Source of the DNA: Patescibacteria group bacterium
GTDB lineage: Bacteria > Patescibacteriota > Minisyncoccia > UBA6257 > 2-01-FULL-56-20
Assembly (NCBI GenBank): GCA_018971305.1
Contig: JAGXBC010000003.1
Location: 28,325 to 92,324, forward strand
DNA length: 64,000 nt
Reading direction: 5' to 3'
A model generated the notes under the pieces. The model was given only the letters and a program-made list of their open reading frames with translations, was not told the origin of the DNA and searched no databases. How positions within the stretch are numbered: the first letter of the stretch is position 1; each line of letters opens with the position of its first letter. This document shows, piece after piece, positions 16,745 through 27,069 of the stretch. The translations under genes were made by a program, and so were the position numbers.

Positions 16745-17251
16745 ATGCAGGAATATCTAAGCGATGCGGTTGTTTTGGATAAGGTTCAGAATGGCGATAT
16801 GGACAGCAGGTTTTTTATGTTTACCAAGAAATTCGGTAAGCTGGCGGCCAAGGCGAAAAGCGCAAGGAAAATAACTTCCAAGCTTGCCGGACATTTGCAG
16901 CCGGGGAATTTGGTGAGCGCGCGTTTTATAGAAAGGAACGGTTTGCAGGTGGTTGATGCCTTGAAGCGGAACAAATTAAACATAGGGCTTACCGAGTTAT
17001 ATTTTTTAAACAAATTACTTCACGAAGCCGAGCCGGAACAGCGTCTTTGGCACCTACTCGTTTCGGAACGCTTTGATTGGATTGAAATTCTTAGGATATT
17101 GGGTTGGGACGCCGATGAAACATCGTGTCAAAACTGCAACACCGGAAAACCGGTGGCATTTGACATTGGGGTACAGGAATTTTTGTGTGAAAATTGTGCT
17201 ATAAAAACACCGGCGGATAAGTTATTATATATAGTAAATGGCAAAGGATAG
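16745..17251 (+). CDS. recO: DNA repair protein RecO (short form)
   Basis: N-terminal OB-fold pattern AVVLDKV..GDMDSRFFMFTKKFGKL..KAKSARK. C-terminal CxxC...CxxC zinc motif (CQNCN...CENCA). Confidence 0.55.
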   Translation: MQEYLSDAVVLDKVQNGDMDSRFFMFTKKFGKLAAKAKSARKITSKLAGHLQPGNLVSARFIERNGLQVVDALKRNKLNIGLTELYFLNKLLHEAEPEQRLWHLLVSERFDWIEILRILGWDADETSCQNCNTGKPVAFDIGVQEFLCENCAIKTPADKLLYIVNGKG

Positions 17252-19067
17252 CGGTAATATCGGTTATAAATCTCCCTGGGAGGAATCTTCGGAAACGTCT
17301 TCGGAGAAATCAAAGATTAGATTGGAGCCGCCCAAGAAACATGGGGAGTGGCACATATTTATTATCGGTGGCATAGTTTTTGTCTTACTAGCCGCCGGCG
17401 CCTATTATTTATATTCTTTAAGCCCCCGGGGCGCGGACGTAGGCATGCGCTTCATTAATCCGAGCCAGGTTTTGCTCGGAGAGCCGTTTACGCTTACGGC
17501 ATCATATTCCAATTATTCTAATTATGTTTTGAAAGATGTTTCTCTGTCTCTCGTTTTGCCGGACGGTGTTTATTTAACGGGACAGTCACAGGATCAAAGG
17601 GTTATTGAACAAACCTTGGGTGATTTGGGTCCGGGTAGCGTAAGCCAGCAAGATTTTAATTTAATAATTACGGATGGAAGCGATAGTGTTAAGAATATTA
17701 CCGCCAAACTTAAATACTCAGCTCCCAATTCCAGTGCCCAATTTGAATACGACGCTCAGGCGGATGTGCTTGTCGGTCAGCCCGCTGTCAGCCTGAACAT
17801 GACGGTGCCCCAAGGAGTTTTTAACGGCCAGGATTTTGATATCAAGATCGGATATAGCAATAACACCAATAAAGATTTTAATAATCTCCGCCTTAAACTT
17901 GATTACCCTCCCATTTTCCAGTTTACGCGAAGCACGACCCAGTCTGACGGCAACGGCAATAATTCCTGGGATTTGGGGACGCTCGCTCCAGGTTCTGCCG
18001 GAACTATCTCGGTTACGGGTAATATTCTTGGTCCGGAAAAAGCATTCGTAAGTTTTAACGCGGGACTTTCTGCCGACTATCTTGGGCAGACATATCAAAT
18101 AAATTCCCAGAGCGCGAACACCTCCATTTCTTCCACTCCGCTTTCATTGTCGGTAAATATGTCCGGAGGCGGGGCGGGGGAAGCAGCAAAACCCGGTGAT
18201 TTCCTTCTTTACACTCTTAATTATCAGAACAATTCCGACGTTGTTATGCAAAATGCGGTAATAACTGCGAATCCAAGCGGTGATATGCTCGATCTTTCAA
18301 CTATCCAGACCCAAGGAAGTTTTAGCTCCTCAAATAATACTGTAACTTGGGCTGGAGCCAATACCCCGCAGCTTTTAAATATTGCCCCGGGCCAATCGGG
18401 TTCAGTGAGCTTCAAAGTAAAAGTTAAGAATGCCTATCCGATACGACTTATAAGTGATAAAAATTATACGCTCAAAGTCGCGGCGCAGATAGGATCTCCG
18501 ACCGTGCCCACGGGCACGAATGCTTCAAAGACAATTGCCCTTGCCAATCTTGAAAGCAAGGTTGTCGGGAACGTAGTATTATCGTCCACGTCTTATTGGC
18601 GCGATGCCGCTTCCGGAATTTTAAATAGCGGTCCGTATCCGCCGCGGGACAATCAGCCTACCGACTATACGGTTCATTGGGATATCATAAATTACGCAAC
18701 AGACGTGACGAACGTAACTGTTTCGGCGTCCTTGCCATATGGTACGCGTCTTACCGGGGCAATAAAGAGCAATATGGATACCGAGCCATCGTACGATGCG
18801 AATTCCGGTGTCGTAACATGGCAGATTCCTTTCCTGCCTGCGACAAAAGGCATTGTTGGCGCTCCGGCAGAAGCCATCTTCCAAATAGAAAATACTCCTT
18901 CTACTAATCAGGTTGGACAGACGATTCAGATTTTGGGGACGACGAATATTCAATGGACGGATTCTTTTACGGGCCAGCAGTTCCAGTCTTCGGCGGTGGC
19001 ATTAGATACCAATTTGCCGTATGATACAACCGTAGCAGGAGTTCAGAATAAAAAAGTCCAGCCATAA
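17238..19067 (+). CDS. membrane-anchored extracellular protein with repeated beta-sandwich (DUF11-like) modules
   Basis: One TM near the N-terminus. Repeated 'LGPG..QDF / LAPG..GTISVTG / IAPGQSGSVSFKV' modules typical of DUF11 repeats. Confidence 0.55.
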   Translation: MAKDSGNIGYKSPWEESSETSSEKSKIRLEPPKKHGEWHIFIIGGIVFVLLAAGAYYLYSLSPRGADVGMRFINPSQVLLGEPFTLTASYSNYSNYVLKDVSLSLVLPDGVYLTGQSQDQRVIEQTLGDLGPGSVSQQDFNLIITDGSDSVKNITAKLKYSAPNSSAQFEYDAQADVLVGQPAVSLNMTVPQGVFNGQDFDIKIGYSNNTNKDFNNLRLKLDYPPIFQFTRSTTQSDGNGNNSWDLGTLAPGSAGTISVTGNILGPEKAFVSFNAGLSADYLGQTYQINSQSANTSISSTPLSLSVNMSGGGAGEAAKPGDFLLYTLNYQNNSDVVMQNAVITANPSGDMLDLSTIQTQGSFSSSNNTVTWAGANTPQLLNIAPGQSGSVSFKVKVKNAYPIRLISDKNYTLKVAAQIGSPTVPTGTNASKTIALANLESKVVGNVVLSSTSYWRDAASGILNSGPYPPRDNQPTDYTVHWDIINYATDVTNVTVSASLPYGTRLTGAIKSNMDTEPSYDANSGVVTWQIPFLPATKGIVGAPAEAIFQIENTPSTNQVGQTIQILGTTNIQWTDSFTGQQFQSSAVALDTNLPYDTTVAGVQNKKVQP

Positions 19068-19086
19068 AAAGTAAAATATCAGCAAA

Positions 19087-20460
19087 ATGGATAACTTTAT
19101 GGAGAAAATAGTTTCTTTGGCCAAGCGGCGCGGTTTTGTTTTCCCCGACTCGGAAATTTACGGGGGATTGGCGAATACTTGGGATTTTGGTCCATTAGGC
19201 GTAGAGCTAAAAAACAATATAAAAAATTCCTGGTGGAGCAGATTCGTACATCAGCGCGACGACATTGTCGGGCTTGATGCCGCGCTTATAATGAATCCGA
19301 AAGTTTGGGATGCGAGCGGCCACCTCCGCGGTTTCAAAGACTTTTTAATAGAGTGCAAACATTGCCATGAACGTTTCAAGGTTGAGGACCTTTTGGGGGG
19401 AGGCGGCTGGGAAAAAGAATACGAATTTTTGGAAACGCTTTCGCCGGGCGATCAGGAAAAAAGAGTACGCGACCTTTTTAAGAAATGCCCCAACTGCAGC
19501 ACGGTTGGACAGTTCGCCGTACCGCGAAAATTTAATCTGATGTTCAAAACTTTTTTCGGTCCCGTTTATGACGAAAAATCAACTGTCTATTTCCGACCGG
19601 AAACCGCGCAGGCGATGTTCGTTGATTTTAAAAACATCCTCAATAGTTCAAGAATAAAATTGCCATTCGGCATTGCGCAGATAGGCAAGGCCTTCAGGAA
19701 CGAAATTACTCCGGGCAATTTCATTTTCCGGACGAGAGAATTTGAGCAGATGGAAATAGAATATTTCGTGGAAGAAAAAGATTGGGAAAAACATTTTGAA
19801 TATTGGCGTACGGAGGTGCCGTCCTGGCTTAAAGAGATCGGCATTGATTCCAACAAACTCCACGAATTGGAAGTTCCGGACGGCGAGCGGGCGCATTATT
19901 CCAAGAGGACGATAGATTTTGAATACGACTTTCCCTTCGGTAAAAAAGAGCTTTTCGGCCTGGCCTACAGGACAGATTTTGATTTGAAGAACCACGAGAC
20001 TGCTTCCGGCGAGAATATGAAATATAAAGATGCGGAAACCGGCAAAGAATTCTGGCCCCATGTTATTGAACCGAGTTTGGGCGTGGAGCGTACGTTTTTG
20101 GCGGTTCTCGCGTCGGCCTACAGTGAAGACGGCGACAGGGTCGTGCTGAAATTGCCGCCGGCCATCGCTCCATACAAAGCTGCAGTCTTTCCGCTTCTTG
20201 CCAACAAACCTGAGCTTGTGAAGCTGGCACGGAAAATTTATGAGGATTTAAGAAAGAAATTTTACGTTGCCTGGGACGAGAGGGGAAATATCGGCAAGCG
20301 TTATTACGCGCAGGACGAAATCGGCACGCCGCATTGTATCACCGTGGACTTCGATTCTCTTGAGAAGGGCGACGCGACTGTCCGTGATAGAGATACTGCA
20401 AAACAGGAGAGAATTAAAATAGACAGATTGGAAGAATATATAGGTAGGGGTCTGATATAG
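19087..20460 (+). CDS. glyQS: glycyl-tRNA synthetase (dimeric, archaeal/eukaryote-like class II)
   Basis: Class II motifs FRNEITPGNFIFRTREFEQME and SLGVERT. 457 aa, single chain. Confidence 0.9.
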   Translation: MDNFMEKIVSLAKRRGFVFPDSEIYGGLANTWDFGPLGVELKNNIKNSWWSRFVHQRDDIVGLDAALIMNPKVWDASGHLRGFKDFLIECKHCHERFKVEDLLGGGGWEKEYEFLETLSPGDQEKRVRDLFKKCPNCSTVGQFAVPRKFNLMFKTFFGPVYDEKSTVYFRPETAQAMFVDFKNILNSSRIKLPFGIAQIGKAFRNEITPGNFIFRTREFEQMEIEYFVEEKDWEKHFEYWRTEVPSWLKEIGIDSNKLHELEVPDGERAHYSKRTIDFEYDFPFGKKELFGLAYRTDFDLKNHETASGENMKYKDAETGKEFWPHVIEPSLGVERTFLAVLASAYSEDGDRVVLKLPPAIAPYKAAVFPLLANKPELVKLARKIYEDLRKKFYVAWDERGNIGKRYYAQDEIGTPHCITVDFDSLEKGDATVRDRDTAKQERIKIDRLEEYIGRGLI

Positions 20461-20478
20461 TTTGTAATAAAAATATTT

Positions 20479-21738
20479 ATGAAATTCATAATCCGCGGCG
20501 GTAAGCGTCTTGCCGGGACAATTGAGGTTAACGGCGCTAAAAACTCCGTCTTGAAAGCGATGGCCGCTTCGCTTTTGTTTTCCAACCCGATTACCATAAA
20601 AAATACTCCGTTCATTGAAGATGTTTTGCGTATGCGTGAACTTTTGGAAGATTTGGGGGCGAAAGTTGAAGAAGGGGACAGGATGCTTGTAATAGATCCA
20701 ACCAGTGTGCGGGATGGAAAGCTTAATAAGGAGATTGCCGAGCGTTTGCGGGCTTCAATCGTTCTCGCCGGACCGCTTCTCGCGCGCAACGGCTGGGCCG
20801 ATTTTCCCTATCCCGGGGGCTGCGTTATAGGCAAGAGGCCGATAGACATTTTCCTTTCCGGCTGGCAGGCGATGGGGGCGAAAATCATGGACGGCAAGGA
20901 TCATTTTCGTGTAACGGCAAAAAAACTACGCGGTGCTGACTTTGCTTTTCGTGTGGTCTCGGTTACCGGAACCGAAACGATGATGATGACGGCCGCGCTC
21001 GCCTCGGGGAAGACTGTTTTACGGAATGCGGCAATGGAACCGGAAATTCTGTCGCTTGCCGATTTTTTGAACGATTCTGGAGCGAAAATATCAGGTGCCG
21101 GAACGCCGAAGATAGAAATAATTGGGACAGGTGGCAGATTGTTACGCGCCAAGCGTCCTTTTACTGTGATTCCCGATAGAATTGAAGCCGGAAGTTTTCT
21201 GATTCTGGGCGCTGCTATCGGAAAAAAAATAAAAGTTGCCGGATGCGAGCCGGAGCACATGACCGCGATCATTACTGCTCTTCGGGAAGCGAACGTACCG
21301 CTCGAGATCGGTAAGGATTTTATTTCCGTAAGCAAGCCGCGCAATTTAAAGGCAGTGAATGTCCAGACGCGGGAATATCCGGGATTTCCAACTGACCTGC
21401 AGGCGCCATTCGCGGTTTTAATGACGCAGGCGGAAGGCGAGAGCGTTATTTTTGAAACTATTTGGGAGAGCAGGTTCGGTTATGCGGAAAATTTGAAAAG
21501 GATGGGGGCGAATATCTTTTTGGCCGACCAGCACAGGATTTTAATAAAGGGGCCTCATCACCTGCGAGGACGAGAGATAGAAAGTCCCGACTTGCGCGCA
21601 GGTTTGGCTCTTATTGTTGCAGCTCTCCTCGCCAAAGGCGAATCGGTTATAAGCAACATTTACCAAATAGACCGCGGTTACGAGAAGATAGATGAACGGT
21701 TAAGGGAGCTCAGTGCCGAGATTCAAAGGATAAACTAG
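20479..21738 (+). CDS. murA: UDP-N-acetylglucosamine 1-carboxyvinyltransferase
   Basis: Two-domain EPT fold. Active-site Cys in GGCVIGKRPID. 419 aa. Confidence 0.9.
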   Translation: MKFIIRGGKRLAGTIEVNGAKNSVLKAMAASLLFSNPITIKNTPFIEDVLRMRELLEDLGAKVEEGDRMLVIDPTSVRDGKLNKEIAERLRASIVLAGPLLARNGWADFPYPGGCVIGKRPIDIFLSGWQAMGAKIMDGKDHFRVTAKKLRGADFAFRVVSVTGTETMMMTAALASGKTVLRNAAMEPEILSLADFLNDSGAKISGAGTPKIEIIGTGGRLLRAKRPFTVIPDRIEAGSFLILGAAIGKKIKVAGCEPEHMTAIITALREANVPLEIGKDFISVSKPRNLKAVNVQTREYPGFPTDLQAPFAVLMTQAEGESVIFETIWESRFGYAENLKRMGANIFLADQHRILIKGPHHLRGREIESPDLRAGLALIVAALLAKGESVISNIYQIDRGYEKIDERLRELSAEIQRIN

Positions 21739-21797
21739 TGCGTTATAAGGCCTATTTTGATTGACTTTACGGCGCGCTTGGCGTTAAATTAAAGCTA

Positions 21798-22805
21798 ATG
21801 TTCACTCGCAAAATAGGCATAGATTTAGGCACGGCCAACACCGTGGTTTTTGTGCCCGGCAAGGGCTTTATCATCAACGAGCCGACTATCGTAGCTCTTA
21901 CAAAACCCGATAACACGGTTTTGGCGGTTGGTTTGGAGGCGAAAGAAATGATAGGCCGGACGCCGGAAGAAATAGTTGCTTACCGTCCGCTTAAAGACGG
22001 GGTCATCGCCGACTACTATATCACGAAAGCGATGCTCACATATTTTATTTCTAAGGCAGTCGGCTGGTTCAATATTATAAAACCAGACGTTGTTATCTCC
22101 GTGCCGGCGGGAATTACTCAGACCGAACGGCGGGCGGTGATGAACGCCGCCAGAGAAGCCGGTGCCGGGAACGCTTTTATTGTGCGCGAACCGGTTTTAG
22201 CCGCGCTTGGAGCAGGCATTCCCATTAACGCCCGTTCGGGAAACATGATAATCAACATCGGCGGCGGTACATCGGAGGTTGCGGTTATAGCTTTAGGAAA
22301 TATAGTTTCCTGGACAAGCCTGCGTATTGCCGGAAATAAATTTGATCAGGCCGTGAGCGATTACGTTAAAAAGAAATACTCCTTGGCTATTGGTGAGCAG
22401 ACGGCCGAAAACGTAAAGATTCAGATTGGTTCGGCCTTGTCCACCAAGGAGAAATTGGAATACCAGCTGCGGGGTCGGGATTTAATAACCGGTCTGCCTA
22501 AAGATATAACAATAAACTCCAACGAGATTGCCGAAGCCCTGAATCCGCATCTTTTGGAAATAGCGAGTTCTATTCAGAATGTTTTTAATGTTACGCCGCC
22601 TGAACTTGTTGCCGACATTATGGAGAAAGGGATAATTCTTTCGGGTGGTAGCGTTCAGCTTCATCACATGCCGGAATTTTTTGAAAGATTTTTGGGCGTG
22701 CAGGCCTACGTTGCCGAGGATCCGCTTTTCTGCGTCGCTCGCGGCACCGGATTAATTCTGAGTCATTTGGATATGTATAAGAGGACGTTATTAAATAAGC
22801 GATAG
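21798..22805 (+). CDS. mreB: rod shape-determining protein MreB
   Basis: Actin-fold motifs IGIDLGTANTVV, VISVPAG.T..ERRAV, NIGGGTSEVAVI. Confidence 0.9.
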   Translation: MFTRKIGIDLGTANTVVFVPGKGFIINEPTIVALTKPDNTVLAVGLEAKEMIGRTPEEIVAYRPLKDGVIADYYITKAMLTYFISKAVGWFNIIKPDVVISVPAGITQTERRAVMNAAREAGAGNAFIVREPVLAALGAGIPINARSGNMIINIGGGTSEVAVIALGNIVSWTSLRIAGNKFDQAVSDYVKKKYSLAIGEQTAENVKIQIGSALSTKEKLEYQLRGRDLITGLPKDITINSNEIAEALNPHLLEIASSIQNVFNVTPPELVADIMEKGIILSGGSVQLHHMPEFFERFLGVQAYVAEDPLFCVARGTGLILSHLDMYKRTLLNKR

Positions 22806-22815
22806 ATTTGTTAAA

Positions 22816-23730
22816 ATGGAAAAGATTCGTTGCGTACTTCACGGAAGTTTCCAAAAACATTTTGCGGAGATTCAGCGCGTCCGGCGGATTTTTGAAGCGG
22901 CAGGTATTGAGGTGCTCGCCCCGGCGGCGTCAGAGATTGCGCGTTTTGAAAACGGTTTTGCCGTTTTGGAATCAGACATGGCAGTCGACCAGCGACTCAT
23001 AGAATTGCGCTATCTCCATAATCTAAATAAACTTGGTGCGGACGGCTTCAGTTATTTTGTGAACCCCGAAGGATATATCGGGAAAAGCGTTTCGTATGAA
23101 CTAGGCATTGCCCAAATCTCGAACACGCGCTGTTTTTTTATGGAAAAGCCAAAAGACCATCCGGTTTACATTCATAAAAATTCCGTTTGGCATCCGAAGC
23201 TTTTGGCGGAATATATCGCCGAATACCGAAAATTACCCGACCCGGAGATTCATCCAGACGAAGCCGTGATTCACGCGCTTTGGGAAGAGCTTATCGTGCC
23301 TGGTTCCGTGGTGACAGTAGGCGGCATCATAGAATATGCAGGAACTGCAAAAAAAGAAAAAGAAATCTTGCTCGTGAAGACCCACAAATGGGGCGGAAGA
23401 TATTCAATTATCGGCGGCAAAGTGCGCCGCAGTGAACGATTAGCAGAAGCACTAGTACGCGAAGTAAGGGAAGAAGCCGGGCTTCGCGGCAGCGTGGGCG
23501 ATCATATCGTTACATTCGATCAGATCAAGCACTCCGGCTACTATCTTAAAGAAGTGAGCCACATTTTCGTGGACAATATTGTGCAAGTTTCCAATAAAAA
23601 AGTTGTTTTGAACGAAGAGGCAGAGGAATTTATCTGGATGCCGGCTTGCACCGCGCTCCGTGATTTAGATATAGAGCCGAACGCACGCCATACAATACAG
23701 TTGTACGCTGATATGGGTGCGGTAGGATAA
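22816..23730 (+). CDS. Nudix hydrolase fused to an N-terminal ~150-aa uncharacterised alpha/beta domain
   Basis: Nudix box GGKVRRSERLAEALVREVREEAGL in the C-terminal half. The N-terminal half has no recognised family. Confidence 0.7.
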   Translation: MEKIRCVLHGSFQKHFAEIQRVRRIFEAAGIEVLAPAASEIARFENGFAVLESDMAVDQRLIELRYLHNLNKLGADGFSYFVNPEGYIGKSVSYELGIAQISNTRCFFMEKPKDHPVYIHKNSVWHPKLLAEYIAEYRKLPDPEIHPDEAVIHALWEELIVPGSVVTVGGIIEYAGTAKKEKEILLVKTHKWGGRYSIIGGKVRRSERLAEALVREVREEAGLRGSVGDHIVTFDQIKHSGYYLKEVSHIFVDNIVQVSNKKVVLNEEAEEFIWMPACTALRDLDIEPNARHTIQLYADMGAVG

Positions 23731-23734
23731 GGTT

Positions 23735-24574
23735 ATGCTCATTGGCCACGAAAAGATTGTTGAAGACTTAAAAAAACTTGCGAGCGGCGGGAAATTGGCG
23801 CACGGCTATATTTTTTTTGGGTTGGCGATGACGGGCAAGCGGACAACCGCTATTCAATTTGCTAATTTTTTGGAGGCGAAAAATGGTCCGGACATTGTCC
23901 TGCAGGATTGCCTGCTTATCGGACCGGACGAAAAGGGGACGCTGGGAATTGATGCCGTGCGCTCGTTGAAGAATTTTCTCTGGCAGAAACCAAACGTAAG
24001 TTCCAAAAGGACAGCCATCCTGGACGGAGCGGAGAATATGACAGGCGAAGCGAGGAATGCTTTATTGAAAATTGCCGAAGAGCCGCCGCCGTCAACGCTC
24101 TTGATTCTGATAACCTCAGATATTGAAAGTATCGGCGAAACTGTTTCTTCCCGTTTGCAAAAAATATATTTTTCTCCCGTGAAGAATAATCTGATATCAG
24201 AATGGCTCTGTGCCGAAATTGGACTGCCGAAAAAAACCGCAGAGGAGTTGGCGGCTCGGTCCGGCGGGCGTCCTGGTTTCGCTTACGACTTGGCCAAGGA
24301 CAAGAAATTTAAGGAGAGCATTGATAATGCCGAAAAATTTCTCAAGTTATCTGCAGATAAGGGTCGGGATTTTATTAAGAAGCTGGTAGAGCCGGATGAT
24401 TTTTCTCTTGTGGACTTCATGGATTTTTTGATATTACTTGCGGCGGAATCAGGAATAAAAAATAAAAAAAGCACCGAGCGTTGGCATAAGCTTTTAAAAT
24501 TGCGGTACGATGCCGCCTATCTCAATTTGAATCCGCGTTTGCAGCTGGAGAATTTACTATATAGCGCAAATTAG
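23735..24574 (+). CDS. holB: DNA polymerase III delta' subunit (clamp-loader AAA+)
   Basis: Degenerate P-loop GLAMTGKRT. Sensor block DGAENMT..A.NALLK..EEPP and SRLQ arginine finger. Confidence 0.7.
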   Translation: MLIGHEKIVEDLKKLASGGKLAHGYIFFGLAMTGKRTTAIQFANFLEAKNGPDIVLQDCLLIGPDEKGTLGIDAVRSLKNFLWQKPNVSSKRTAILDGAENMTGEARNALLKIAEEPPPSTLLILITSDIESIGETVSSRLQKIYFSPVKNNLISEWLCAEIGLPKKTAEELAARSGGRPGFAYDLAKDKKFKESIDNAEKFLKLSADKGRDFIKKLVEPDDFSLVDFMDFLILLAAESGIKNKKSTERWHKLLKLRYDAAYLNLNPRLQLENLLYSAN

Positions 24575-24612
24575 ATTAAGTCACAATTGTGGTATAATCT
24601 CACTGAATCAAT

Positions 24613-25176
24613 ATGCCAACTATTGCCGAACAATATTTAAAAACACTGGAGACTGATCTAAAATCAGTAACGGAAAAATTGCGTGCAGACATGCAGGCCA
24701 TTCGCGGCAATCGGCCGTCGGCGGATCTGATATCCGAAATAAAAGTTAACCTTTATGACCAATGGATGACCGTAAAGCAGTTAGGTTCGCTCTCTGTTAT
24801 ACCGCCGAGGAGTATTCAGGTGAGCGTTTGGGATAAAGACGCCGTAGGCGCCGTGGTTAAGGCGATAGATAACGCGAAAATCGGATTATCTGTCACCAAC
24901 GACGGTAACAATATCATTGCCACGCTTTCACAATTGGGCAACGAGCGGCGCGAGGAATTGATGAAGCTCGTTAAAAAAACTAGCGAGGGACATAGAATCC
25001 AGATCCGCGCCAAGCGCGACGAGGCGATCAAAAAACTGAAAGCTGCCGAAGATGAAAATCAGGCAAACGAAGACGAAGTGTTCAAGACGAAAGAAAGGAT
25101 GCAGAAATTTGTAGACGAGACGAATAAAAAAATTGAGGAAATAGTGGATGCCAAATTAAAAGAACTGGGAGAATAA
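24613..25176 (+). CDS. frr: ribosome recycling factor
   Basis: 187 aa. Typical RRF three-helix bundle and beta domain pattern (GNRPS..L...V..YG...L). Confidence 0.9.
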   Translation: MPTIAEQYLKTLETDLKSVTEKLRADMQAIRGNRPSADLISEIKVNLYDQWMTVKQLGSLSVIPPRSIQVSVWDKDAVGAVVKAIDNAKIGLSVTNDGNNIIATLSQLGNERREELMKLVKKTSEGHRIQIRAKRDEAIKKLKAAEDENQANEDEVFKTKERMQKFVDETNKKIEEIVDAKLKELGE

Positions 25177-25182
25177 ATCAAA

Positions 25183-26235
25183 ATGCTCATAGCTATAATA
25201 GTAATCATTGGATTATCAGTTTTAATACTCGGCCACGAAGCCGGTCATTTTATCGTTGCCAAACTATTCGGATTAAAGATAGATGAATTCGGTTTTGGTT
25301 TCCCGCCGAGGATTTTTGCCAAGAAGAAAGGTGAAACAGAATACAGTTTTAATTGGCTGCCGTTCGGGGGGTTCGTAAAAATAGCAGGCGAGAGCGACCC
25401 AGCCCCTTTCACAGAAGGCGAGCCGATAAACACCATTTCCGACGAAGAAAAAAAACGCCTTTTTAATTTTCAGCCGACGTGGAAAAAGTTTCTGATTATT
25501 TTTGCCGGAGTGGCGATTAATTTTGTCTTTGGGTGGGTTCTGATATCAATGGTTTTTGCAATTGGGACGCCGCGCGCTGTTGTCGTAAGCGAAGTGCAAG
25601 CCGGTTCGCCGGCTGCCGAAGCCGGTATTGCGGCAGGAGATATATTGAAGGACTATATCACCACGGATGGCTTTATAAACTTCGTAAACCAGCACCGCGG
25701 TGAAGAAATTCCCATTGTGGTATCAAGGGGCGGCAAAGATATAACTTTTAACGTTATCCCAAGAATTAACGTAGCGCCGAATGAAGGTGCGGTAGGAGTT
25801 GCGATTGTTCAGGCGGGAGCAGGTCGGGAAAATATTTTTAGCGCTTTCTGGGACGGCCTGAAATATTCTTTCGTAATGAGCGGCTTGGTGCTTCAGGCAT
25901 TTTATCAATTGCTCAAGAGCTTGGTTTTGCATGCTTCGCTTCTCCCGGGAGTTGTCGGGCCTGTGGGCATATTTTCCGTCGCCGAGGAGACGGGCAGCAT
26001 CGGGCTTATTTATCTTATCCAGCTCATAAGCGTTATCTCGCTTAATTTGGCCGTTATAAATCTTCTGCCTCTGCCGGCGCTGGATGGCGGCCGCATCTTT
26101 ATGATTCTGCTAGAAAAGATAAAAGGATCGCCGATTTCCAGGAAAACCGAAGCGATTGTCAACAGCTTTGGTTTTGCATTCCTTATAACGTTAATGGTTC
26201 TGCTTACAATAAGGGACGTTAGCCATCTGTTTTAA
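25183..26235 (+). CDS. rseP: RIP metalloprotease RseP (site-2 protease)
   Basis: HEAGHFIVAK (HExxH) in TM1, PDZ domain, and LNLLPLPALDGG motif. Confidence 0.85.
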   Translation: MLIAIIVIIGLSVLILGHEAGHFIVAKLFGLKIDEFGFGFPPRIFAKKKGETEYSFNWLPFGGFVKIAGESDPAPFTEGEPINTISDEEKKRLFNFQPTWKKFLIIFAGVAINFVFGWVLISMVFAIGTPRAVVVSEVQAGSPAAEAGIAAGDILKDYITTDGFINFVNQHRGEEIPIVVSRGGKDITFNVIPRINVAPNEGAVGVAIVQAGAGRENIFSAFWDGLKYSFVMSGLVLQAFYQLLKSLVLHASLLPGVVGPVGIFSVAEETGSIGLIYLIQLISVISLNLAVINLLPLPALDGGRIFMILLEKIKGSPISRKTEAIVNSFGFAFLITLMVLLTIRDVSHLF

Positions 26236-26265
26236 CTGTCTAATGCGGGAAATTCCAAATAAAAT

Positions 26266-26290
26266 AGCCGCCTCTTGTTGGCGGCTTTTG
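26266..26290 (+). terminator. rho-independent terminator AGCCGCC-TCTTGTT-GGCGGCT + TTTTG
   Basis: Seen directly after the rseP stop. Confidence 0.65.
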
Positions 26291-26306
26291 AATAGGTGGT
26301 TCTGAT

Positions 26307-26906
26307 TTAGATGCGGCCGTTTGTTGCGGCTGCAGCTGCGGCTTCTATCGCCGGAAAAAGAAAGATGCCTGTTCCCTCGTCACACTCAACGCCGACGAAT
26401 TCACCGGTTGAAGTTGTGTCAGAGGTGCAATCTACGAATTCGGTATTGAAATATCTTCCATATTTTACTCTGAATAAGATTTCCGCGGTAACAAGTTCAA
26501 GGGCGGAAATTATTTGTGTTTCAGGATAATTTTCGGCTACCTCTTTCCCCGTCATCTTTTCTGAATTAGGAAATGGCTGGATATAAATTTGGCTCCAGTC
26601 CGTTCTGTAGGCTTTTTTGGTTGCAAAATCCTGGCTTGCAAACCAAGGATTATTATCCTCGCAATTAATTCTGGGATGCTCGTTGGGCGGAAGCAGTTTG
26701 TGCCATTGGAGTATCGTGAGGTAATCCTTTCCGAACCGTTCAAGTGCCAGAAAAAAGAATTTGACATCCTCAACGGTTTTACCAGGGAAGATAGGGTCAG
26801 CTTCTCTCATGTTGTTCCAGGGAAATATGCCGGCGGCCTTAATATCTTGTTCGTCAAGAACGATTCCGAAATGCTTCTTCCAGTCTAGCTTGTCGAAAAT
26901 ATACAT
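26307..26906 (-). CDS. hypothetical protein (199 aa), minus strand
   Basis: Protein-like ORF, lone minus-strand gene between rseP and the phosphoesterase. No family recognised. Confidence 0.45.
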   Translation of the reverse strand: MYIFDKLDWKKHFGIVLDEQDIKAAGIFPWNNMREADPIFPGKTVEDVKFFFLALERFGKDYLTILQWHKLLPPNEHPRINCEDNNPWFASQDFATKKAYRTDWSQIYIQPFPNSEKMTGKEVAENYPETQIISALELVTAEILFRVKYGRYFNTEFVDCTSDTTSTGEFVGVECDEGTGIFLFPAIEAAAAAATNGRI

Positions 26907-27069
26907 TATTAATCCACCATCCTTTTGTAAAATTCCACCTAAGATAATTATAAAGCACCTGAATCCTTTTCTGTCAAACGGCTTGCGTGTGACAACCAGT
27001 CGCTTGATTTACTGTGTTTTCTTCTGGCCCTTTGCGGATTTTTGGGGAAATTGCTTATAATTACTACTT

